Positions 1 to 14,105 of a stretch of DNA of 64,000 nucleotides are shown here, piece after piece (positions within the stretch are counted from its first letter, which is position 1; every line of letters begins with the position of its first letter). Under the pieces are notes generated by a model. That model had not been told where the DNA came from and did not search any database. It worked only from the letters and a program-made list of their open reading frames with translations. Both the position numbers and the translations under genes were made by a program. The DNA lies in NCBI GenBank assembly GCA_050084515.1, contig CM114271.1, positions 36,270,001 to 36,334,000 on the forward strand, given 5' to 3'. This DNA comes from Blasia pusilla (taxonomy: Eukaryota).

Positions 1-2435
1 CCAATATCTTGGATGATCTTCTATCTTGCTTTTGAAAAGAAAATCTAACTTGTTTTCCAAATTGGCAGCAGGACATACCTCTAATGTAGCAGGGCTCGCT
101 AATTTAGGAAGTCATATTACTATATTAGATGATAAAAGACTATGTAATCTTTGAAGATTCATATGTCTAATTCTCTTATGCCAGACATTTAGATCTGTGA
201 CTTGTTGGTCGGTTAGACCATACATTGCTGTTTGAATCTCTAGCATAGAAACATCTAATTTGAACATTGTGCCAGATCTAGTTCCTTTGGCTATCGCAGT
301 CTGGTCATCCATTGTTTTAATGAAACAACCATCTATGTTAAACTTCACTTGATAACCCTGTTCTTCTATTTGTTCTACAGAGATCAAGTTTCTTGCAATG
401 GTAGGAACATAGAGAACATTTCCAAGAGCACAAAGACCATCTGATGCTATTGGAACTTTACTGGTATGCGTGATATGATGGTGAGTGTCATCTCTTGTGA
501 GCACAATTGCAGGATCTTTCTCTAGCTCCATACTACTCAACCATTTAGCTTGAAAGGTCATGTGATTTGATGCACCACAGTCAATATACCAATTTGTTTT
601 CGAGTCTTTCTTGACCATTGCTCCCATATGATAAGTCATCACCAAGAGATACTCAGTTTGTGAATGTTGTTGTTCTTGGTACTGTCCTTGGTGTTGTTGC
701 TCCACATAGTTTTTTTGTTGTAAGGCTCATATTCTCATATCTGCCTTCTTCTTGAAGCAAAATTTTGCATAGTGATCCTTTATCCCATAGTATTTGTAAG
801 ATCCAAGGACTCTCTGTTGTTGACCTTGATCCCAATGGTTTCCACCATGACCACCTTGTGATTGTGTCTGGTACTGATTCGTAGTTGATTGAGTGACATT
901 GTATTGAGTGCCTCTTCCTCCATATCTTTGATATCCATCACGACCACCAAAGCTTCTACCACGACCCCTACCTCTATTTGATCCACAACCTGCAAATAGC
1001 GCATTCTCTTGTAGGCTAGACAAGCTACCACTGCCTACTAGGCACATCTCTTCACTGATTAATAGTGGGACTTACTCTTGAAAGATTGGATACTTCTCTC
1101 TCAAATAAATAGAGGTCTCAAAGGATTTATAATCCTTTGGAAGGCCTTAAAGAGTGAAAAAAATCATATCATCATCTTCCATTATCACTCCAATGCTATT
1201 CAATTGATCAACAATATGTCAGATGCTCAAAATATAATCATTGATGCTCTACGATCCTTTCCTCACTTCGTTCAATTATTGTTTCATTTGAAGATTTTAG
1301 CCTTCTTAGATCTCTGGAACAGCTTTTCCAATGCATCCGAGGCTTCTTTTGGAGTATCAAAATCTTGAATATAACCTATCATTGGTGAACTCATCGTTAT
1401 TGAAATGTAGTGGATTACTTGCCTTGCACGTTTGTTCCAAGCGCGAACATTCAAGTTTGTTGAGTGACCTTCTAGCTTGGCCTCATCTCCTGTGACAAGC
1501 TCCCATAGTTCTTGACCCATGCAAAATTTTTTCAAACAAAACTTCTAAACATTGTAATTCTGCTTATCTAGCTTCTCGCTTTTGATTGTTGTTGAGGAAC
1601 ACTCCAAAACAAACGATTTCACTCACAAAAACGTAATTTCAGATTCCCCACTGCTCCAATTGAAGCATAGACCGCACCTACATAGAAATCGACCTAAAAT
1701 TTGCCAAAATTGATCAATTGTATGAAAGAACTAGTCGACATTGGCCCATAGAGAGCAAACTGCACAACTTTTCTTCACTAATTGCACTTTCTTACAGTGA
1801 AACTACTACTGCATGAACTCAGAATGTCATAATCAAGCGATTTTGGATACGTTGGAAAGCTCTCGACGAGCTCTAGAAGATGGATTTTAAAGACTTTGAC
1901 ATCATTTTGACATATACGGACCCAAATGGCTAAATCGACCGGGAAAGCCCTCAAAAATGCCTCCAAAGTTTTATCATCGTCAAGGCTCCACCTAAAATCT
2001 GCACCCACTGATCTCTGAATAAAATTTCCTTCACCTAAACTGAAAATTTTCCTTCTCTTGCCTCTCTTCTCTCTTCAAACGCCAAGAATTTCAAGTGATG
2101 TTCTCTTATCGCTTTGATACCATGTAGAAAACTGCTAAAGAAGCATAACTCGTGGAAAACGACTCTCACACTCACACACCACCATGGAGAATGAAAGTTT
2201 GCAATGAGAGAATGAGTGGAGGCTAGTCCCCTTCTCAATTATATAGGGTATGTACAAGCAACTCTAACCCTAATCTTAACCATAGTCTCAAGTTAGACTA
2301 ACTGTGATTAACTAACCCTAGTTAAGATAATCGCGTTTAACTGACTAACCAAGATTAAGCTTCCCTACTTCGTATGAGTACCAAATATAGCAGTTCATGT
2401 GTCTCATAAGCTTGACTGTAACTCATTCTTCAACA
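1..2435 (-). mobile_element. Ty1/copia LTR retrotransposon, 5' half, degenerate (5' LTR, PBS, gag, protease, pre-integrase); runs off the window start
   Basis: Minus-strand PBS TGGTATCAAAGC (2122-2111, tRNA-iMet type) abuts an LTR ending in CA. gag-like WELVTG...WNKRARQ (1535-1284); RG-rich linker with a decayed CCHC knuckle (1047-727); copia protease WYIDCGASNHMT and pre-integrase VWHKRIRHMN (705-112). Contains frameshifts and stops. Confidence 0.9.
2123..2435 (-). repeat. 5' LTR of the copia element
   Basis: On the minus strand it begins TGTTGAAG and ends TTCTACA directly before the PBS. It contains TATA-like CCTATATAA near 2240. Confidence 0.75.
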
Positions 2436-5400
2436 TTTGACATCGACTTCTCAATTCCATGCCTTTGAAACAATCATACAAAATCTTTGCAATTCCAAGG
2501 TCTTGTCATGGAAACCATCCATACGGACCATATCCATCGAAATGTAGGATCATCTCTTCTCTAATGTAAGCTGGAAAAACCATGCCTCTCTTATAGCCAT
2601 GTTAAAGTCGTTCGTGGAATTGAATCTTTGCCTCCCAAAACTATTACTCAAGTCCATTCAGCTATTTCCCGTCCCCGATGACTTAGATCCTCTAAACATA
2701 TAGCTCTAAGGAAGAAGATAGGAAGATATCTACACAACCAACGAAAGAAATCTAAAGGTGGAGACTGGGTAGTGCCAAAAAGATAACAACTGTGAATGAT
2801 GGAATGTGGGAATATGTGCACTCAAATGAGTTTCCTTGACCACCTCTACATCTCCAATGTGTTGGGAAAGCCAATTAAACAAATCTAAACTCGAGACCGT
2901 GAATCGGAAATCCCAAAATCACCAAACAAGAGAATTCCACACTTGCAACCTCTCATCTAATATGGAATAAATTAGAATTTTTTTAAGACATAATAAGAAG
3001 TGCAAATATCCAAGTTGGTCATGAACAAAATTTAACTGTCCCCAAAGGCATACACCGGATTTTCCCAAAATTCCTAGCAATCTTGAAAGCCCTAAGCTCT
3101 CAAGGCACCATGCTAATAGAATTTGGGGGCTAATCCAAAACTATTATGCTCTCAAAAAAATTTGTGAAAAAATAAGAAGGAAATGGTGAAAATGTGAGTT
3201 ATCTAGCCCTATTCACCCAGTTAAGAGCATTTTGGGCCCCACTTGTAAACCTTTCCTTATGTATTTTTGTTTCAAACCCATTTTGGGAGTTAGGAAGGAA
3301 GGAGGTGAATTTGCACTTAGCCTCCAGCAGTGAAATTCCGCCATATGTCCTCACGGGGTTGTTAGACTCAATCCAAACGCAGGTTGAGTACGTGTCTGGG
3401 GGTGCAAGGCCTCACATGGCATTCGTAGATTGGACGTTGGACGTAGGCCATGAGCGCGAGCTTCTAGGCACATGCCTCTTGCGGGCCCGACGTGGACGTT
3501 TAAGCATGCAAGCTTGATGCGGGATCCAACGGGCTATAAATCGAGCGACAAAAGTGGGCATTGGGTTGTTGGGACAAGCTATGGGCTACCCGAACAAGGG
3601 CTCAAGTGCGAGCCACAAGTACCCTAGCCCGTGTGGCCCGTACAGACTTGTCCATCCTCGGGACGGATAAAACTCCGTGGACATTGACTTTGTCCATGTC
3701 CAACCTTACCGCTTCTTCCTCCCCCACCTTCATTCCCCTCCCCTCTTATTGTCGTGCTACTCCACCTTACTTTCCAACATAAGCTATAAGTGTGGGTTTC
3801 ACCTCTTGTAATCCATGCATGTGGACATATCTAGACTTATCCGTCCATCTTCCTCTTAGGAACACACTTGTCCGTTTTTGTGCAAGCATGGCCTTCCATC
3901 ATGAACTATAAGTTTAGGCCCCACGTCTTGCAATTCATATCCATGGACATGTCTAAAGTCCGTTTATTTCCATCCTAAGGATGGAAATAAACGGACTTGT
4001 CCATTTTTGTGTAACCATTATTAGAATGGACGACCATATGGATACAATCAAACAAAATAGTGGGATAATACAACAAAATAGCAAAAAGTTTGCAGTTTTG
4101 TTCCTTGATTCAAATTGATGGGAAGGACGATGAATTTTAATGGAAGAGGAAAATAATTTTATTGACTAGAATTAATTATTGAGTGTTGTTCTTATGGGAG
4201 GACTAGATGGGGAGGACTTAGTTTTGTTTAAATGTTATGTAAGGGTGGAATTGTTTAGGGTAGTAGGGTATTATTTAAATGTTAGCTAAAGAGTGGAATT
4301 ACTTAGAAGAGTGGAATGTTATTACTCGTTTGAAATTTAAGAAAGTAAAAAAATAGATTTAGATATAGAAATAAAAATAGGATTCTTTTTAGAATAAATT
4401 AATAAATAATTATGTTAAGTCATATTTTTTATTTTGTATTTTGGAAGAGGAAAATGAAATTAAATGGAAAATGGAAACTATTTCATTAATTATAATTAAT
4501 TAATGGTGAAGTTAATGGATATTATTTTTGGTGGGAAGAGTAGGTGTAGTTTAAATTTTTATGGAGAGGTGAAATTATTCACCAGATTTGATTATTATTA
4601 AAATTTTAGTTGAAGAGTAGAATCATTTTAAAAAGTGAAATATTCTTATCTTTTAAGTTTTGAGAAACTAGAAATTATATTTAAATTTTGAAATGAAAAA
4701 TATTTCCACATTATAAAAGAATCATTTTCGTGTGCAAGCACAGGAGTGGTAAGTAGAACTTTTTAAGCATTCCTTATTGAACGTGTAACCTTGTAGGTCC
4801 AATCCTATAAGGTTTCCCATCTTCCTGTTAAGTTATCTAATTAAAAATAACAATAAAATAAGAAAACGAGAAAGAAAGTACCCACCATTCCTTCTAGAAT
4901 TTTCCTAATAGTCTATGATACATGTTAAGAGAATTATAACATTCTATGCACACCGTTTGTCTTGGTTGGGATTTTCAAAATTGATTCATGTCAATTGTCT
5001 TAAGATTTTCGTTTCTTTAAGTTAAATTCAATTTGAAAAAAAAAATTGGGTCATTAAAAAGACATCATTATATGAAGAAAATTTCGTATTTTTAATTTCA
5101 AAATAAGCTCATATATTAGTCTTTAGGTTAGTATTTTCTTACGTTTCTTTCCATCAATTATTTAACATATTTTTCAAGTATATTTTTGCATGTTTTAGTA
5201 TCATTGGTGTCTGTGCATCCCATTGGGGATATTGCATGAAAAATTAGACCAAAATTTGTACTCTAACCAAATATACGTAATTTAAAATATATAATTCTCT
5301 ATGAACACCGCGTGCCTTTATGTTTCAGATGTAAAATTAATGTATTTTTTAAAATATTTTCTATTTTAGTTAAAATGTATAATTAAAAACCTATGATCAT

Positions 5401-8183
5401 ACATTTTTTTTTATGATCGGACATAAATTTGACGATCCTATTGTGAAAATACACAATTTGGAAGGAAAGAACTTTCTCCATAAGGATGAAAATGGATGAA
5501 TCCTCTCTCATAAGGAGTTTGCGAGGCTCATGTGAAGCACATAAACTATTAACATGTAAAATATATTATTGACAAAAATACTAGTGACATGTAAAAAAGT
5601 TTGGAAAAATTTTAAACTTATTGTTTTTTCATCTATATTATTAAGACGGTATGCCTTAAGGCTCTTTGAAATGTCTTTTTGAGGCTGAAAGTTAACTCAC
5701 GAAAAAAGATGAGGTCCTCTTATAGAGGAAAAAGCTACCTAATGGAATTTTCTCCAAAATAGAAATTCCCATTAGATTGCATTTTCTTCTTTTAGGGATA
5801 GAGTACATGTATTAGTAGCATAGATTAGGGTCCAAGTCATAAAGGAACATGACCAGTGACACATCTTTAAAAGCCACGCAAAAGAATTAATAAACCCCCA
5901 CCAGAGTAACGGAGTTTTCTATTGACATACTCTCATTTTCATGTAATCATGACATTTTCCGTGGTTAAAAAGTGAGAAGGTGTTCATTTGTGGGTTAATG
6001 AAAGTTCATCTACCGCTCCTTTATAAAATCAAGAGTGGAAGGTCTAAAAAAAAGGCAACGGGAATCGATGTCCAAAAGAGGGAGACTCATAGAGTTGAGT
6101 GCATGAAGACCCCAACCACTAGAAAAGGGGACTCCACCCTACCCGCTAAACTCACCAACATCAAAAACCACAATGTAGAAAAGTGGCCAAGATTACCAAG
6201 CCCTCAAAAATAACCAAATGAGTGCAATGATGAGCACCTCTTATTACACAAACATGGCTCTTCACGAAATTGGTTACTTGCATGATAATCTCTTCATGAA
6301 ATTAGTTGCATTTTCCTTATTCCACCGGTAAGAAGAAACATTTTCCTTATCACACCAGTAAGAAGAAAACTTAAGAGAGTCATTTGAAGGTATGCTCATC
6401 AACTCTTTGTGAATGATAATGTTTACAAACCCTGAAATAAGCACTTTCTTAATAATTAATATTAGAATTGAAATGTTGGTCTTTGTGACACAAAGAGGAC
6501 AAGATGCAACAATCAAGCTAATTTTTTTGTTGAAGGGTAAGGCACTTGATCTTAGAAAGGAGAGAAGCCTCATAGGAAACAAACAAGTTTTCATAGTCAG
6601 CAGGAAGAAATCTAAACAAAAACCACTCACAAAATTGGGTGACTGAGTGACACACCATCATTGTCTCTCTTAAAGTTTGGGTAACAATGCAATTATCTTT
6701 GGTTCCTAGTTCCATGCAACCTACTCTCCAAAAAAGTGAGACTCAGTCAGCTAAAAGGGGATTGACTCTCATTGTATGCAAGGTGTGGTGAAGACATGTG
6801 AACACAACTTTCGAACATCTACCCAAGTGAGGAAGAGTTCACTAATTGGTTGTACTCGGAGAAGCAAGAAACAAGCTCTATGGCACATAATACATAGATA
6901 ATATCCTCATAAATACCTAGAAACTATGTATTTATAAGGATGCCCACCACATAGACATAGCAAGAAACCCTTAAACAAGATCACATGTCATGACTTTTGT
7001 ACAAGAAAGTAGACCGCATCCAAAGGTGACGCACTAAATCATACTAGGTTGACATGATGTTCTTAAGAGGTGAAAGAAGATTCACTTTGCGGCCTTGAGC
7101 AGTTCGTTAGTGTAGCCACACCCTACTAAGTTTCCACATAACAAGGAAGTCCCAAAGAAACCATCACAGGAGGAGCCATGATCACATTAAGACTGGACTG
7201 TTGTTAAAAACAAACTGAAGGGGTTAACGTTGAAGATTCCTCGTTGGAACTGCCTTGATCACTAAACTCACTCCACTGACGTACCCCACAGCTTCATCAC
7301 GTCGTGACTGCTGATTATGAGAAGAAGAGCCACAGCACTGAGCTGAAATAGTTAGAACTGGATAGGTGGATTATCAGAATATCACTCTTAGAAATTAAAT
7401 CTCATCCCAACAGAAACTTTTTGTCAATCACATTGGCTCTCCTGAGTAATGGCAGGTAGAAATTATCCAGGTAACCAGACACCGCCTTTGGAAAAGGGAC
7501 TAGTGTCAACTTCAGGCACAGGCCTTGTTTGTGAATACAACTCTTATATTTCTAGTTCTTAACAATTCATAGAACATCTGATCACCATGTTCCACTCGTA
7601 TATACAGCAAACATAAACAGGTCGTTGAGATTCTTCCCAACTTCAAGAGTACACTTCACAAGCTATTGACCAAAGTACATTTCCTTCCCCCCACGAGAGT
7701 TACTCCAAAACACTACTTTTGAAAGGCAAAACCAAAGTGGGCATTATCCAAGGGGCACTTCCTTCAAGCATTATCCTGTTCTACTATTTTCTTAGAAAGA
7801 TAGACCCACACTAAGGATACCTATAAATAAATATTTGATCACTTTCTGTAGATTTTCCTGAAGCTCACAACACTTTATCTGAGAATTGAAGTTGTTTATA
7901 TACGGAAAAAACGCATCCCAATTAAGCAATACACATGCATTGGCCTATGTCAGCCACGCTATACAGCAATGTTGATCAATTGATGCTACTAGAAAATTGT
8001 GGGAAACTTGAAAAGCTATTTTTTTCTTGTCGGGAAGAACTAGCTCTGTTATACAATACTGATGTGCAGTTACTCTTATGACGCATTCAACTGCCTTCCA
8101 TATAGCTGACACCATCTTCCTGTCTTGTGGTTTCCTGATTTCTTTTTTGTGCTTGTCATTGACCCCTGAAATATGCCCTACCG

Positions 8184-11100
8184 TTAAGAAGCGCTCTCCA
8201 TACTTACCTTCTCCCTATCTGCATCAATCATGTTTTTGATGAAATACTCGCCAGCTTTGTAAGATGATCTCACCATAGGTCCTGCTGCGACATAGCGAAA
8301 GCCCTGGGACACCAGACATTTATTAGATTGCAAATTCTTAAGTAGTCCATGAGATGACAAACGTCAGGCCCGTCAACCTGTATTGGCTACCACCATATCT
8401 GTGAGGGTATATTGTGCATGGGAAGACAATCAGTTGAATTCATGACCGTAACATATGCATACGCATCAAAGTTTCAGAGAATCAATAATGGACGACCTTT
8501 AAGCGCTAGGGACACCAGGGATCAAGAAAACAGGACTGAGGGAGTGAGGAACACCAGCAGAGACCAGTTCAGAGCAAACTTTAAGGTACGGCAAGAGAAA
8601 AGCAGAGCAGATGGCAAGTTCTTCAGATACCCAACCTGAGTTGAAATCCCATGATAGCATGCCTTAGAGGTAGCTGTTGGCTAACTATCAGTCATGCTGA
8701 AACATGAGATAAGATTTAATTTACATTTGTGCTTTGCACTCCAGGAGAGGATCTATTGAGAGTCCCGGAAGTTAACCTCTTTCTTGAATCTACCACCTCA
8801 TGGTAGAAGACTTGACCATATGCATTATGATGAGCGTCTGTAGTTACTTCACCTTGCCCTAATCCTCAGGAGTACCATAGTCGAATCACTCTCATGGTTT
8901 TCAGGTGTTTGGATAACATACCCTTTACACACTGGGGAGAAAAGAAAACTTATCACCCATGGCAGCAGTCTAAGGAGGAGGCTGTCCAGGCATATCAATA
9001 ATAGATCCCACAACTAGGAAGTATGGACCAATGACAAAGATTAGAAACAGAAGGAGTACTTCATACGGCCCTTAAACCTCGTCAACTACATAGAAGGAGT
9101 TTTCCCCAGCATATGTACTCACCAAGGCATCCATCTTATCTGACGAGTCATTTCGATAGTCTAGAACTGAAGAACATAATCACTCCAAAAAGTGGACAAA
9201 ATCACTTTTCTAGAGGTTATCCTTATGTCCTGGCAATTTGTCCAAGACGGTCTATCAGGTATAGGATAAGTCTCACACCCAACCACTTTGTCCAAGGCTT
9301 GCAGAGTACAATCTTGTCATAGGACACATCATGACTTTGAGATGGATACAGGACCAGCACACTGAGAATACACCATATACAAAATACTCAGGGTGGGACA
9401 GATCATTATAGTGGCATTATGATGGGAAGATCTCCAGATTTATCAAAAGAAACTCGATAAGGAGCAACTGCGTATCAATACTACCCAAAAGGACACTGCA
9501 TCCCCAAAACATGTTGTCAAGAAAGGAAAGGCAATAAGTGTGATATCATATGTGCATATTTCAAGCATTGCAGCGAATAGAACAAAACACTAAAACTTGC
9601 TCCTCAATCCAAGTAATTTCATGGATAGGACAGACACTGGACTAGAACTTGAATGCAACCACACATATTTCTCAGATGTCAACTCTGGAATACCAGAGAG
9701 AACTTCATTTTCTGTTTAGCATGACTGAAACTACCTCCCCGACCTGCAAATTTTTTATGGATCGGAGGGATCCTGGGATAGAAACTCATGAGAAAGCGGA
9801 GAGTGGAGCAACTGCTGAACTGAAGTTGTGATAACCTTCCGAAACGGAAGCTAAATGAGGGCAGGTCAGAGGAGGCTGGTTACCAGATGGTTCTTCACCC
9901 AGTCAATAAAAGTACCAGTCGCAAGGAATATGGAGCAAGCAATTGCAAGACATGAGGCGACATGACCTCACTACAACATGACGGAAGGGAACATTACATT
10001 GGGTAATAGGAAAGACTATGGACATTCTTGAGGGTAGCCAATATGCAGTTTTCCTCCCCATATGCTTGTAAGAAATACTATCAACAAAGTAATGGATAAG
10101 TTCTATGTAATGTATAAGTTCCCCCAGAACCGTTGACACAATTCACAAGACAGAACTAATAGACGAAAGGTGGTGAAAGATCTTACCAGCTCTTCACCTA
10201 GTTGTCGGTATTTGTCAAAGGCCTCTGGAGTTACATACTCTGAAACAGGCATGTGCCTTTTAGTGGGACGCATATACTGGCCAAATGTCATTACGTCCAC
10301 ACCAGCTGCTCGTACATTTTCCATTGTCTTGATCACCTGAGAAGGTGTCTCTCCACAACCAAGCATGATGGACGTTTTGGTCAAAGTGCCTGCTGGAGCT
10401 ATAGACTTGGCCATTCTCAAGACATCTAAAGACTGTTTGAAATTTGCGCGACGGTCACGAACATCCCGTTGGAGCTCTTCTACAGTTTCGATGTTGTGAG
10501 CAAAGACGTCCAACCCTGACATGGCCACCCTTTCAACACACTCTGCATCCCCACGAAAGTCTGGGACTGCATCAGCAGGAACAAAAAATCAAGCCAGATC
10601 AGTATCCTTTCAAACCTAGTAAGATATGTGCAACATCAACATCATTATCTTTTACAACCTCTATTAGCAGTTAAGAGAGATAGAAAACACTATAAGCTCC
10701 AAATCCAATCAAGGGCTGAAGAACAGAAATTGTACTAGAAACCCAGGGCTTCAAAACTGAGGAAAATACACAGGACCCCAAAGAGCCTAGCAAGAACTAT
10801 GATTAAGTCACATCAGAAGTCTAGTGAACAGTGGAACTCCTGATGCAGGAAATGGAGGAATCCATGAAAGGCGCACGAGACCTCAAGCAGCTCCTGTCCA
10901 GCATTTAAACATTAACCCTGAATTCTCATCAACGTGATAATTGATCCATAAACCCCAGCACCAGTCCATGTTCTTACCAAGAGCCTCCACTAGCATACTC
11001 GGCTTGCGAGCTTTCAGAAGCTTCACTGTCTCAGCGAAATGATTGCTCCCTTGGTCAGGGAGATCGTCCCTGTCTACACTGGTAAGAACCACATAATCCA

Positions 11101-12392
11101 AACCCCATGCCACAATTGCCTCTGCCACTTTCCTGGGCTCCTGCGGATCAGGTGGAGGTGGTGCACGCGATGTCTTCACAGCACAAAACCTACCCAAATC
11201 GAAAAGTCAGTGGCCTCCCTCGTTTCCCAAAGCGCAGCCGTTCTAAAGCGCGAAGGACTTCACATTCCCGCAAACTACATCAATACCTCTAGCATCTGCC
11301 TGGCAATGACTCAGGAGGGGAAAAAATACAAAAAAACCATGTCCCATAAAAACAGGAGAGGTGGAAGCTCTCTTCCTCACAGTGCGAACGAATTGCACAC
11401 GCTGTGTTCACCTTAGACGGAACGGGAAGGCGACCCAAACTGAAATGCGGGAGAAAGAAAGATAGAAAAGGGGGCCATTGGTTGGGCGATGGCCGACACC
11501 ATCTCGAAGTTTGAAACCACTTATCCGCTCTAGAATCTTCAGAGCCGCTAATAAACGCAGAAGAGGGACCGATTTCTGACCGACCAGTTCTCTCATGAGC
11601 GCAGAATTCCAGTCTAAGGAAATTCCCCACATCAGCACTCTTGCGCGGTTCATGCCCAATTGAGCATCCCCCAGTTCTCTCAATGTCGACTCGAGACCCA
11701 CCGACGCCACCTGCTCGATCTAACTCTCAACCCAAGATTCGCTCTCATTCCTACTCTTGAAGAAAGAATGAGCAGAGGCACGCAACAAACGAAATGATCA
11801 CGGCTGCAAAGGCTTGCAAATGCATCCCAATCGGGACCCAGACTAGACTGGTCTCTCAATCCTACTCTTGAAGAAAAAATGAGCAGAAGCAAGCCTCTTA
11901 GGACATCATCATGGTTGCAAACGCTTCTCAATCAAGACCCGGACTCGACTGGACTCAAGTAAACGAAACGAAACGAACCGAAACTGACCTGCAACCCCTC
12001 GTACAAGTGTCGCCCAGAATCATAATGGTTGCAGTGGCAGTGCCCGTCTCGCCTCCACTCCAACACTCCCCAATGTTGGGGCATTTCGCCTCCTCGCACA
12101 CGGTGTTCAGGTTAAGCTCTCTCAATTTGGCCTTGATGTTGGTGTACTTGTCCCCACCCGGAATTACTCGCTTCATCCATCCGGGCTTCGGTTTGGGGGC
12201 CTTCTTCGTGCCCACTTCGACGGAGTAGTCCGACACATCGTACGCGGAGAGGAAGTCCTTGAGAGATGGGCCTTCGTCTTTCGCGAGTTGCTCTTGCAGC
12301 GCGGCCAATTGAGGACGAGCGGCACCGGATTGCGCTGCGCTTGCGAACCTTCTCAGCAACCATTGCACACCCGGACGCATGGAAGGCTGCAT
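8184..12392 (-). CDS. LIP1: Lipoyl synthase (radical SAM), probably mitochondrial; exons 12392-11989, 11189-10978, 10566-10187, 8303-8184
   Basis: [15 protein letters not shown] and [10 protein letters not shown] (CxxxCxxC split by intron 1), [41 protein letters not shown]. All three introns are GT-AG and keep the frame. The Arg/Ala/Ser-rich N-terminus resembles a transit peptide; the start ATG could be 12392 or 12380. Confidence 0.93.
11740..11955. repeat. Degenerate ~110-bp tandem duplication in LIP1 intron 1
   Basis: TCCTACTCTTGAAGAAA(G/A)AATGAGCAGA occurs near 11749 and 11860; GACCC(A/G)GACT(A/C)GACTGG occurs near 11836 and 11936. Confidence 0.65.
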
Positions 12393-13864
12393 CGTCCTCA
12401 ACCCAATTGGAAGGGGATTTATTCCCGCGCTGACTCTGCGGCAGAATTGTGAGATCCCACCGGAAGGAAACAAGTCAGGTCACGACATCGACAGGGCAAA
12501 TTGGCTCCGCGCTCCGGCCATAGACGGAAGAATGCGGTGCATGGAGCGTGAGAGCATGCAGCTATGCTGTAAGGAATTCAACCTCCTGTTAATCTTTTTT
12601 CCTCTCGCGAACGTGCATCCATCCTGCCTCGCTCTCCCTTTCTTGCCTTTACTACATTCATCGGCACTTACATCTTGAGCAGACTCTAAAAGTAGCCAGG
12701 TATGTCTAGAATCTCGATGCACGAACCCGCCACCTCTGTGAGCAATGGCAACACCCGAAGCAGGTGCGATCGCGCGATGGTGCGACCACCCTCTGAAATC
12801 AATGAAACAACCTTCTGCTTCACCGGCCCACCAGCTTCTACCTTGTGTCCTTCTCTGTGCTCACCCCCAGATCTTGCTAGTCCAGGATAAATGACGCATG
12901 CGACCCTCAGTTGCAAAGGGTGAGGGCATAGCTCCTCTCACACTTCAGAGATTGCGAGGAATGTCTCCGCCCGCGCAGGAGTGGTCACAACCATTGAAGG
13001 GCGTCCGCCAAATATGGAAAAGTATGGAATGAACTGGGGTTTGGGGAAGAATTGGAATCTGCCGAAAAGGTAGAGAGATGGGAGTTCGAACGGGAGTCGA
13101 CTAACTGTAACCATCATCTCCAGCGCTGCGACGTACAGATTGCAGGAGAGTGTGGACCGCGCAAATCAGTGACAGGAAGAGTGGGGCCGGCGTTCGCTCG
13201 GGTTGTTGCGAGGGTGGGAGAGGATAGCGCGACAGATGATGTGGTTGAGGTTCCGGCAGAAGATGGCGCGACGGATGTGGTTAGAGGTGCGGCTGTGTAG
13301 TTATGACGCAGTGTGGGATGGCGATCAGTATGCACCGGCGTCCTTATGCGTCACTTGTGCGCCTGGAAGCTGGAAGCATCGAAAATCCATAGCTGCAGAT
13401 GGCAAAATAAGAGTTCGTCCAACTGCAGACGAACTCAAACGCGAACACTGACGATTAAAGAGAAGGGATGCCACCTCATGACGGGCAGGGAAACGGTTGA
13501 CACAAATGGTAGAGAAGCCAAGACCATTCGGCGGTACCGGCGAACTCGCAGAGCCCTCTCCTGAAACTGCTGGCAGTAGTGCGAATGCGACTTCAACGAA
13601 GTCGTCATTCGCACTAGTACGAGGCAGCAGACGGCACACATTTTATGCGCTTTGCTTCAAAGTCAGGAGCTGGATGCTTTCGGATGAAACCACTAGCCTA
13701 CGATCAGATACCATCGATAGTAGAGAAGCCCTATGGATGGCGCTAGCTCTTAGAAGTGTAACTGTACGTAAAAGCACGTTATAGATGTCGAGACAGTCAG
13801 GCTATTACGTTCATCCTCCACGAATTAGGATTAGCTTATGATTCCTGATTGATGAATAAGTGCT

Positions 13865-14105
13865 ACCTGCCATAGCCTTCCATTGCGGAATTCCTGGGAG
13901 ATGAAGCAGAACCTGCCATAGCCTTCCATTGCAAAATTATGACAACCGATTCTGTATTGTGGGAGATGAAGCAGAACCTGCCATAGCCTTCCATTGCAAA
14001 ATTATGACAACGGATTCTGTATCGTGGGAGATGAAGCAGAACCTGGAAAAACCTTCCATTGCAAAATTATGACAACCGATTCTGCATCGTGGGAGATGAA
14101 GCAGA
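13865..14105. repeat. Minisatellite with a 65-bp unit (three full copies plus one 46-bp deleted copy)
   Basis: Unit ACCTGCCATAGCCTTCCATTGCAAAATTATGACAACCGATTCTGTATTGTGGGAGATGAAGCAGA starts at 13911, 13976 and 14041; a shorter copy starts at 13865. Confidence 0.9.

Noticed and set aside
2436-7300. AT-rich and short-repeat segments that may be MITE or Helitron relics
   Set aside because: No convincing paired termini or coding motifs could be established.
12480-13800. Short overlapping ORFs upstream of LIP1
   Set aside because: No recognisable domains; expected by chance in GC-rich promoter-proximal DNA.
13865-14105. CRISPR-like array
   Set aside because: Whole units repeat with no unique spacers, there are no cas genes, and the context is eukaryotic.
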